Shown: positions 9,109 to 16,880 of the stretch, piece by piece
Numbering within the stretch: position 1 is the stretch's first letter
How the letters are laid out: each line of letters starts with the position of its first letter
From: a virus
Lineage: Duplodnaviria; Caudoviricetes
DNA length: 28,228 nt
Virus record (IMG/VR): IMGVR_UViG_3300025875_000768
Coordinates: 1 to 28,228 of that record
Reading direction: 5' to 3' (one strand)
Notes under the pieces: generated by a model
Database searches by the model: none
The model's input: the letters and a program-made list of their open reading frames with translations, nothing else
Told to the model about the DNA's origin: nothing
Translations under genes and position numbers: made by a program

Positions 9109-9445
9109 GCAGGGCCCCGCCGACACGCTTGCCGCCGAACTCCTGGCGTTCGAGCGGTTGCTCAGCGCGTGCTACGCCACGTGCGGACGCCTTTCCGCCG
9201 CAGCAGCCTCCGCTCAGGCGCACCACAATCTGTCGGTCGTCGCCGGCCACCAGATCCTCAGTGCGATCAGCGCGGCCCAAGGCGAGGTCGCCAGCGCGAT
9301 CGGGAAAAGCGCGGAGGCGCACCGGATGATCGAGGTGGTGGGACGGCGCCTAGGCTATGATCCAACCGCTTATGGCGACCAAGAAAAGGATCCCGGAGCC
9401 GGCTTCACGACCGCCCGGGCCAGCGGCTTGCGCGCCGTTGCATGA
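9101..9445 (+). CDS. Small helical hypothetical protein; apparent start codon is ACG (non-canonical or mutated ATG)
   Basis: ACGGCTGA overlaps the LuxR stop, GGAAG SD-like sequence upstream; AAELLAFE..LSVVAGHQIL..AH..G..TAYGD..K pattern. Confidence 0.6.
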   Translation, partial: TAEQGPADTLAAELLAFERLLSACYATCGRLSAAAASAQAHHNLSVVAGHQILSAISAAQGEVASAIGKSAEAHRMIEVVGRRLGYDPTAYGDQEKDPGAGFTTARASGLRAVA

Positions 9446-9478
9446 TCGTGCAGATCGGGCGTGACCAGCCCTTCCACC

Positions 9479-10006
9479 ATGCCGACGCACATCATCACCT
9501 TCAACGTCGTCCAGTTCCTCGCCTCTTGCTATGCATGTCGGCGGGGAGGGGGGCCCGAGCGGGCCGTCGGACTGCTGTTGTTGATAGCTGGCGCAACCTC
9601 CATCGTGGTTCCGCGGAATGCCGCGACCAATCTGTTTGTCGTCAACAGCTACATGCTGAGCGTCGACGCCATGCTGATGGTGGCGCTTACGGCGGTGGCT
9701 TTGGTCGCCAACCGGTATTGGCCGATCTGGATCGCGGCTGTGCAGCTGGTAACCCTCGCTGCTCACGGAGCGCGCGCCTGGGACCAGACCATCTGGGCGA
9801 GAGCTTACGGACAATTCACCGGGAAAATTGCGTACGTCTGCATCGCGCTGCTGGTGATCGGTACCTTGCGGCATCGGGCACGCCTGGCCGAGGGGTTTCC
9901 CGAGCGTGGCTGGTCATGGTCGCCGAGGATCAGCGATGACGGGGTCCATCACGGTCGAACTCAGCCAGGTGACCGAAAAGGTGAGGCAGATACGGCAAGA
10001 GCTTGA
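9479..10006 (+). CDS. Multi-pass membrane protein
   Basis: About 5-6 hydrophobic segments; RGGGPER, ANRYWPIW, GTLRHR motifs. Confidence 0.8.
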   Translation: MPTHIITFNVVQFLASCYACRRGGGPERAVGLLLLIAGATSIVVPRNAATNLFVVNSYMLSVDAMLMVALTAVALVANRYWPIWIAAVQLVTLAAHGARAWDQTIWARAYGQFTGKIAYVCIALLVIGTLRHRARLAEGFPERGWSWSPRISDDGVHHGRTQPGDRKGEADTARA

Positions 10007-10421
10007 TCTGCTTTTGCGCCCCGCCGCGAACGACATCGATGGGGTACGGCGGGCAGCCGAAGTGACAGCGCGCACCTCGCCGACAACGCGAACCGACGAC
10101 CTGGCCGAACGCGCGAGAGCGATCTACGCGACCCGTCGCCGCCGGGCCCGCTGTTTCGATGTTGGCGGCGGACTGTTCGCTGATCCGGCGTGGGATATTC
10201 TGTTGGACCTTTATTGTAACGAACAGGCAGGGCGCACGACATCCGTCTCCAGCGCCTGCATCGCCGCCGACATCCCAAGCACGTCCGCGCTGCGATGGAT
10301 CAATACGCTTGTTCGAACCGGCTTGGTCGCGAAGAACCCTCATCCAACAGACCGCCGGTGCACGCTTCTCAGCCTGACCGATAGAGCTGTTCAGGGGCTG
10401 GTGCAGATCCTGTCCGAATAG
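9936..10421 (+). CDS. MarR-like winged-helix protein
   Basis: FADPAWDILLDLY, SVSSACIAADIPSTSALRWI..GLV..DRR..LT. Confidence 0.85.
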   Translation: MTGSITVELSQVTEKVRQIRQELDLLLRPAANDIDGVRRAAEVTARTSPTTRTDDLAERARAIYATRRRRARCFDVGGGLFADPAWDILLDLYCNEQAGRTTSVSSACIAADIPSTSALRWINTLVRTGLVAKNPHPTDRRCTLLSLTDRAVQGLVQILSE

Positions 10422-10570
10422 GCTTCAAGCCTTGCTGACGTCGATTGGCTTGGTGAGTGAAGGCGACGGTCCGGCTGGAAGTTTCCACCATTGACTCTGC
10501 ACGACGGTGCAGCATCTTCACGTACGCCGAATGGGGATTCGGCACTGGGAGGGTACCAAAGAAATCGATT

Positions 10571-11179
10571 ATGATCGCCGTCGGCTTGAGCCTAGTCGCG
10601 TCTGCTGCTTCCGCGTAGCTGACGTCACCTGCAATCGCACCGATGATTGCGGGTCAGCAGGACACGGCGGTGCTGCGGACGGGAACCAAAGTTCCGCTCA
10701 AGCTGTCGGAAACGCTCACGACCAAGGGCAAGAAGCTGCGGGTCGGCCAGCGTTTCCAAATGGAAGTCGCCGAAGCGGTGCTCGTCAATGGTCTGCCGGT
10801 GATCCCGGCCGGATCGCCCGCGACCGGGGAGATCACTGAGGTTCGAAACAAGGGCATGTGGGGCAAGTCGGGCCACCTCACCGCCCAGGTGCTGTATGTG
10901 ACCGTGAACGGGCGGCAGGTGAAGCTGAACGGTACGTTCGACGACAAGGGTGTGACCGGCACCGCCGGCGGCGTGGGCGCGATCGCGTTGGTCCCCGTCG
11001 CGGGCTTCCTCATGACCGGGACCAGTGCGACCGTGCCGCTTGGCGCGCCGGTGATGGCGTTTGTCGGCGAGGATATCCCGATCGCCGGCGCCACCGCAGC
11101 GCCGATGATGGTCAGCGTACCGGCGCCCGCGACGTCGCCCACCCTGACGCAGGCGGTCGTGACCAAGCCTGTGCAGTGA
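10571..11179 (+). pseudogene. Secreted beta-rich protein with an in-frame TAG (10616-10618) at the signal-peptide cleavage site
   Basis: MIAVGLSLVASAASA-TAG-LTSPAIAP in frame with ORF 10643..11179; TAG where CAG (Gln) would follow an A-S-A site. Confidence 0.7.
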
Positions 11180-11186
11180 CGATGGT

Positions 11187-11213
11187 GGCCGCGCGAGGAG
11201 ATCTCGCGCGGCC
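11187..11213. terminator. Perfect 11-bp hairpin after the secreted-protein gene
   Basis: GGCCGCGCGAG-GAGAT-CTCGCGCGGCC; no U tract. Confidence 0.45.
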
Positions 11214-11219
11214 GTCAGC

Positions 11220-11315
11220 GGGTATCAGCGGGGTACTACTAGCGAGAGGAGACCGTTCACTGACGGCTTTCCGCGGCTTTTCGCGACCGTGGCGGAGGGG
11301 TTCTCCGCCCTGGTC
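11220..11315 (+). repeat. att-like site copy A: GGGTA pair plus 31-bp palindrome
   Basis: GGGTA at 11220 and 11231; GACCGTGGCGGAG-GGGTT-CTCCGCCCTGGTC at 11285-11315. Confidence 0.85.
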
Positions 11316-11362
11316 TAGAGCTTCAGCGCGCTGTGACGCAGCAAATCTGCTATCGGCCAAGG

Positions 11363-12316
11363 ATGGATAGCACCGGACGTTTCAGCAACGAGCTTATGGC
11401 TCTCCGATCCCGAAGCTACGACCGCTGCCAAAGCTGTGGGAGCCAACTTCCCCGCGACGTTGCGGCATACGCGGGGTATGCAGCCGACGGTACTCCCCGA
11501 TACGTCGGGAACTGCTGTGTCAGCCAGATCAGCGAACTGGCCACCCACGTCTACTGGTGGTGGGAGGCGGATAAGCGCGTCGAATCTGAGACCAGCCTCT
11601 GGCGCTATATGGATCTGGCAAAGTTCATTCATCTGCTCGAAGAGGAAACGCTTTTCTTCGCCCGAGCAGATACGTTCAGCGACCCATTCGAGGGCGCCTC
11701 AGGGCTCTTGCAGAGAGAGGCTGAGTGGGACCGCTGGTACCTTGACTACTTTCGAAACGCGGTTCGCAATCCACCAGAAGGATATCCGCCGCCGCCTGAA
11801 GAGCAGGTCGAAGCCAATGCAAGACGGCTCCTTGCTTCCATCAGAGGCGGAGCGGAGCGCGATCGGCGAACCACGTTCGTGAGCTGCTGGCACGCCAACA
11901 CCGGGGAGTCGGAGGCACTTTGGCGGCTCTACTGCCCTCCTGGTACGGTCGGTGTCGCGATTGAGACGAGTGCGGACCGACTTTTCAAGGCACTCGACCC
12001 GTCCACTCGGATCGAGTTGGGAAAGGTCCAATACATCGATTTCAGAAAGTCGTTCGCCGGCTTCCATGATCGCATTTTCTGGAAGCGAAAATCGCTCAGC
12101 CACGAGGCGGAAGTCCGTGCCGTGACCACAGCCCATTTAGACGAGAAGTGGACGGGGCTCCCAGTCGCCATCAATCTTCAGACGCTGTGTAAATCAGTTG
12201 TGCCGTCGCCCTTTGCGCCCCCTTGGTTCACTGAAACCCTCAAGGCGCTCGTTGCGCGTTATCAAATGCAGCTTTCCTTGGTTGAGTCGGAGCTCCTGGC
12301 GCGGCCGTTCTTTTGA
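11363..12316 (+). CDS. DUF2971-family protein with N-terminal Cys-rich extension; candidate defence gene
   Basis: LWRYMDLAKF, LFFARADTFSDPFEG, FVSCWH..ESEALWRLY, GVAI, KRKSLSHEAEVR; CQSC..CC N-terminus; visibly less GC-rich. Confidence 0.8.
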   Translation: MDSTGRFSNELMALRSRSYDRCQSCGSQLPRDVAAYAGYAADGTPRYVGNCCVSQISELATHVYWWWEADKRVESETSLWRYMDLAKFIHLLEEETLFFARADTFSDPFEGASGLLQREAEWDRWYLDYFRNAVRNPPEGYPPPPEEQVEANARRLLASIRGGAERDRRTTFVSCWHANTGESEALWRLYCPPGTVGVAIETSADRLFKALDPSTRIELGKVQYIDFRKSFAGFHDRIFWKRKSLSHEAEVRAVTTAHLDEKWTGLPVAINLQTLCKSVVPSPFAPPWFTETLKALVARYQMQLSLVESELLARPFF

Positions 12317-12336
12317 GAGTTGAACTGGTGGCGCGG

Positions 12337-12433
12337 GGGTACAGCCCGGGTATCGGGCGCATGTACGCTGAAGGAGCGGGCGCGGTGCGTCAGCCAACTG
12401 GAGACCATGGCGGAGGGTGTCTCCGCCGCTGTC
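12337..12433 (+). repeat. att-like site copy B
   Basis: GGGTA at 12337 and 12348; GACCATGGCGGAG-GGTGT-CTCCGCCGCTGTC at 12403-12433. Confidence 0.85.
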
Positions 12434-12541
12434 CGAAGTAGCGAGATGCGCAGCCGACTTGCTCAACCGGCGGCCTACAGTCATCATTGCACGCTGGCCG
12501 TCAGACCGGCCGAACAGCGATCTGGATGCGAAGGCGTACTG

Positions 12542-13025
12542 ATGACGGCAGAGGAAATCGCGCGCGCGAGCCAAGCTAGAGCACGAGGCGCGGTCTGAGG
12601 AAGTAAGGCTCCGGATCGAGAACCAAGTCAAAAAGCTGGACACCCTTTTCAAGAATCTCACTCTGATAAACGGCGGCGCCATTGTCGCATTGTTCACGCT
12701 CTTGGGGAACAGCCACGAGGGACATCTGGCGGTGAATGCCCAGTCTATATGGTGGGCATTCGGAGCCTTTCCTGTTGGGCTGATCGCCACGATGGCAGCT
12801 TCCGGGTTGTCTATTCTCTCGCAATACCACCTCTCCATTCGAGCGAAGAGGCAGGCTTGGAACGAGCAGGCGAGCATGTTCGGCCTTCCGGCGGAGCACG
12901 ACGCCCTATCTCCATTCGAGCGGTCGGAACGCTTCGTGTCTGCAACCTGGTGCGCGGCAGCAGTGTCATTGCTGTCGTTCGTCGGAGGAGCGGCATGTGC
13001 GATGGATGGGGTATTGCCGCACTAA
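12542..13025 (+). pseudogene. 3-TM membrane protein frameshifted at a (CG)5 tract (12559-12568)
   Basis: MTAEEIAR.. continues in another frame as AKLEHEARSEEVRLRIENQVKKLDTLFKNLTLINGGAIVALFTLLG..; that frame has a TGA at 12543-12545 and no start of its own before TTG 12690. Confidence 0.65.
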
Positions 13026-13096
13026 GAGCTTCCCGGAGTGAGAGTGGCGCGACGGAGGTTGCGCCGTCCTCACAGGCGCGTATCTCCGCTACCGCC
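13009..13096 (+). repeat. att-like site copy C (degenerate left half)
   Basis: GGGTA at 13009; GTCCTCACAGGCG-CGTAT-CTCCGCTACCGCC at 13066-13096; shares GTATCTCCGCTAC exactly with copy D. Confidence 0.55.
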
Positions 13097-13217
13097 AACG
13101 CCCGCCCGTCAGTGGCCCCTTATGATCCGCGGATCGCCGGCTCAGGCTGTGCCGCCAATGCAACATCACGATCGGGCGAGCCGTCGAAATTGCCACTCTC
13201 GGCTCGCCCGTCTCAGA

Positions 13218-13760
13218 TCACGCCGCCGGGATCGGCACAGCAGTGAACGCGTTGACCATCTGTCCCGAAACCATGACGGCCGAATGGCCTGAGATCAGCA
13301 TGGAGCCGAGGAGTGCGGCCACAGTGTTGCCCTTGCCTTCTTGCCGCCACTTGCCCTTGAGAGCGTATTCCTGCCCGCGGACGGTGACGGTGTTGAAAGT
13401 GAGATCGAACTTGGCCGACTTGCCTCCGATGCCTTTGCCGGTCCGCCAAGTCACGGTAGCCTTCACCGGCGCGCCGCGCGGAATGATCACCACCCCGTTC
13501 TGAACAGCGTCGGCGGCGACCTGAAGCATCTTCACGTCGCCTTCTTTCATCTTTTTGGAGGTGATCTCCTCGACCGGCGTCACCTGCAAGACCGTGTCGG
13601 CGGGGAGTTCTGCGCCGCCAGAAGTTGCTGTCGTTGGTGTCTGCGCCGTCGGAGAAGGCCCCATGGGCAACTGAGTTGTCGAAGCTTGCGTCTGCCCGAT
13701 CGCGCCGGTTGCGCCCGTGACGAGCATCGTCGCCACGGCGATGTGGTGAACCTTCATCAT
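13218..13760 (-). CDS. Secreted beta-rich protein, distant paralogue of 10571..11179
   Basis: Signal peptide MMKVHHIAVATMLVTGATGAIG-Q; shared V..NG..IP.G.P..G..GKS..V.G..L.G..G pattern. Confidence 0.8.
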   Translation of the reverse strand: MMKVHHIAVATMLVTGATGAIGQTQASTTQLPMGPSPTAQTPTTATSGGAELPADTVLQVTPVEEITSKKMKEGDVKMLQVAADAVQNGVVIIPRGAPVKATVTWRTGKGIGGKSAKFDLTFNTVTVRGQEYALKGKWRQEGKGNTVAALLGSMLISGHSAVMVSGQMVNAFTAVPIPAA

Positions 13761-13872
13761 TTCCTCCCCTGTTGCCGACGAGTCGGCTTATCGATGTTAG
13801 TCACAGGAACCTGACGTCATCAAGTCTGGCACCCACGAGCCGTTTGGTTGCCCTGCGTAGCGCCAAAGGTGA

Positions 13873-13979
13873 GGGTATCGAGTGCTGAAACGCGGGGACT
13901 GCCTTGCATCAGAGGGCCTAAAAATCGCAGAAGAGCGTGCGCGTCACAGACCACGGCGGAGGGTATCTCCGCTACGGTC
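13873..13979 (+). repeat. att-like site copy D
   Basis: GGGTAT at 13873, GGGGAC at 13894; GACCACGGCGGAG-GGTAT-CTCCGCTACGGTC at 13949-13979. Confidence 0.8.
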
Positions 13980-14005
13980 GTCTATGGAATTGGCGCTGTT
14001 GGACA

Positions 14006-14020
14006 ATTCCCGCTATGTTC
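14006..14020 (+). promoter_or_regulatory. Degenerate LexA box
   Basis: ATTC-CCGCTAT-GTTC, one mismatch, spacer nearly identical to the box at 7811. Confidence 0.5.
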
Positions 14021-14051
14021 CTGTTGAGGGGAGCAGGGGTAAGCCGACACA

Positions 14052-14459
14052 ATGGGAGCGCCGTTTCGACTTTCGCCAACGATGGCCAGCCGCAAGGCGC
14101 TCGTGCTCACTTTCGTCGCCGGCTACATTGGCGATCATGGCTACAGCCCGAGCACCGGTGAGATTGGCGAGGCCTGCGGCATATCGCGGGAGCGTGCTCG
14201 CGTGCTGGTCCACAAGCTGGTGCGCGACGGCAAGCTGCTCCTGATCCCGGGAAAGCGCCGCACGATCGCACTCCCTGACAGCCAGGAAGCCGCTATCCAG
14301 CTGCTGCGCGAGCTCGGTTGGAAGATCGACCCTGATGCACACGCGGTCGCGGTCGCCATCCCGTTGGCAAAGAACAGGCTGACGCTGCTGCCTATGCTCG
14401 ATCACATCCCCGTCAGCGGTGACGGGAGCGGGCAGAATGGCGGAATTGACCCCAGTTGA
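14052..14459 (+). CDS. LexA-like N-terminal winged-helix protein lacking the peptidase domain
   Basis: VLTFVAGYIGDHGYSPSTGEIGEACGISRERARVLVHKLVRDGKL..PGKRRTI. Confidence 0.8.
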   Translation: MGAPFRLSPTMASRKALVLTFVAGYIGDHGYSPSTGEIGEACGISRERARVLVHKLVRDGKLLLIPGKRRTIALPDSQEAAIQLLRELGWKIDPDAHAVAVAIPLAKNRLTLLPMLDHIPVSGDGSGQNGGIDPS

Positions 14460-15327
14460 GGCGAAGGTGATGCGCGCGATCGTCGCGCGCGAGCACAAGC
14501 ATGCACTGGCGGAGAAGCGAGAGGCGAAGGCGGCCTATGCCGCAGCGCACGCGGCCGCACCGTCAAAGGTGGGCTGGTCGACCAAGCCCGCGCCCAAGCG
14601 GAAGCCCAGCAAGGCCGAGCAGGCAATCGCCGCGAGCATCGCGGACGAGAAGCGTGCTCGCGCCCGCAAGCACCCGGACGTCGCTGCGGCTGAGCGCACG
14701 CTGCGCAAGAGCCGGGCCGAGCTGCTCGAGCGCTGGGATCACAAGCGCGAGGGAACGCCCGAAACACACGAGCATCATGCCCAAACCCGGGAAGGATCGC
14801 TCGCGCGCCTGTACCAGTCCGGCTCGATCGATGCCGTGCAGCTCGCGTCTGCCGTGGATATCGCATCTGTCGCCGAGCGCATTGCCGCCCCTGTTGCCGT
14901 CAAAACTGCCAGCCTTGAGGCCCGCGTCGACGTGACCCGCCTCGGCGACGGCACGTTCTACGAAAAGCTCAGCCAGGTGCGGCGGGAGATGGCGTACACG
15001 CGGTGGCGTGCTGAGGTGCATGGGCCGATCGGCGCCGTGCTCGACATGATCGTCGGCGATGCTGTCGGGTTCACGCTGGTGGCGCACCGTTATCGCATGG
15101 GCCATCGTCGCGCCAAGCAACTGCTGCTCGACGCGCTCGACCTTTGGCCGAGGATGTTGGCGGACCCGACGGCTGGGCGCGCAGGCCCGGGCAGATCATC
15201 CGGCGGCTGGCGCTGCTCGCCGGTGGCGCCGGCAAGATCGATGACGCCTCGCTCGATGCGCTCGACGCTGCCTGCCCGTACAACGTCTCGATCTACCTCG
15301 ACCAGCAGACCACAGCGCGCGACCTGA
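14437..15327 (+). pseudogene. Phage protein in the late-regulator (Q-like) position, probably truncated near 15160 by a deletion
   Basis: GTPETHEH..GSLARLYQSGSID..LLLDALDLWP, then out-of-frame S/T/R-rich text overlapping the tail ORF. Confidence 0.55.
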
Positions 15328-16880
15328 TCCAGAAGATCGCCGCCAGCGTGAACGCCGTGGCGCTGGTGACGTGGACCGGGCGGCTGGTGGTCGTGCCGGT
15401 TGCGATCGGGACCGCGGCAACGCCGGCGACCTGGAACGACACCGCAGTCTGGGTTGATGTCGGCAGCTGGCAGGACCGGACGGTGCCTTTGGGCGGCGCG
15501 CCCACCCTGACGCTGGCTGCGGACGGGTCGGCCCTCCCGGCCGTCAGCACGGTCAAGCAGATCGCGATCGACGCGCCGTACCAGAAGCTCGCCATTGGAG
15601 CGGCACGCGCCTGGACGGTGTATCAGCTGGCAGACATCGCGTTCGAGGCCCCGCTGGTCGACCGGGGCCGCTACGACAATGCCGAGACGTACCGCGAGGG
15701 CAACATCGTCGACCTCGCGAATGGCTCGCGGTGGTTGTTCATCAATGTCGCCCCGAAAGCGGGCGTGGTGCCCGGCACCGATGGCAACGAGTATTGGACC
15801 AACCTCAGCCCTGCCACGAGCGCGGTGGACATCGCTTACGAGGACGGGACCCCTCTCGAGGATCTGAAGCCTGCCGAGCCGGGCGCGACCGCGGGCGCGC
15901 CGGCGGGCACGCGTGTTGGCGATCGGGATGCGGCGACGGTGATCGCAAGCCTCGACATCAACGCAGCAGGCATCCTGTCGCAGGCCCTGCGACAGGACGA
16001 TCTGCTCCTGTTGTTGGACGCGCGCACGCTGGTCGAGGGGCAGGCCGTCGGAACCACGTTCCTGTCGTTCCGGAACACGCAGCAGAAGACGAACAGCGCA
16101 CTCGCTTCGCAGCTCGATCTGATCGGTGCCAAGAACGCTGACGGGACGGGCTGGAACCTCAACCTGTCCAGCGTCATGGTCGGCCCTGTCTCGCTCGGCG
16201 ATCGCTTCGGCGGGCTGGACGCCGCGGTCGGCACGCTTTCGACAGACTTGCAGGAGCTTGGGGCCAAGTACGACGGCACGGACGCCACCGTCACCTTCCT
16301 GCGCGAGGCACTGGCGAGCCCCGATGGTGGCTACGCGAACGCATTGCTGCGTGCCGATGCCGATGGGGTGTTCGGGGCGTTCGCGATCACCGTCGACGGG
16401 CCGCAGCGGCTGTCCCAGATCAAGATGGTGGCCGACGAGCTGCACTTCGTCGATCCGAACAACGGCAACCCGATCCAGCCGTTCAGCATTGTCGGCGGCG
16501 CTGTCATCGCGACCAACTTCCAGGCGGACATCATCACGTACGGGGCGCTGGTGCAGCGCTTTACCGACGTCGGGCAGCAGCACCTCGACCCCGCAGGCTG
16601 GTACCAGGAGATCCCCGGCGGGCTGATCATGATGGGCGGCAAGTACCGGCAGACGATCAACCGCGAAGTCCAGCTCACCGTCAGCTTCCCGAAGCCGTTC
16701 CCCAGCCAGGTGCTTTCGGTCGGCGTGGTCCCGCACCTCAACACCTATTCCTCGGCGCGCGACTTGTGGCTCCAGACGGTGGGCGAGCCCTTGCTCACCT
16801 CCTTCTCGGTGCAGACCCAGGCGGCATCGAGCGACAACATGACCCTGGACGGCTTCGACTGGTGGGCGTGGGGGAAGTGA
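15144..16880 (+). pseudogene. 5'-truncated phage tail/host-specificity protein with gp53-like C-terminal domain
   Basis: No SD; begins mid-domain at GPDGWARRPGQIIRR; EPGATAGAP, K.VAD.L.FVDP, PGGLIM..G..V.FPKPFP..W.A.G C-terminus. Confidence 0.7.

Noticed and set aside
13084-13093. CTCCGCTACC as attR of the prophage
   Set aside because: Only 10 bp match the tRNA end and phage genes continue for 15 kb; better explained as a half of the repeated core.
11285-13979. Palindromic 31-bp repeats as a CRISPR array or classical attC sites
   Set aside because: Spacing is 0.66-1.1 kb, there are no cas genes, no RYYYAAC/GTTRRRY ends, and the integrase is P4-like rather than IntI.
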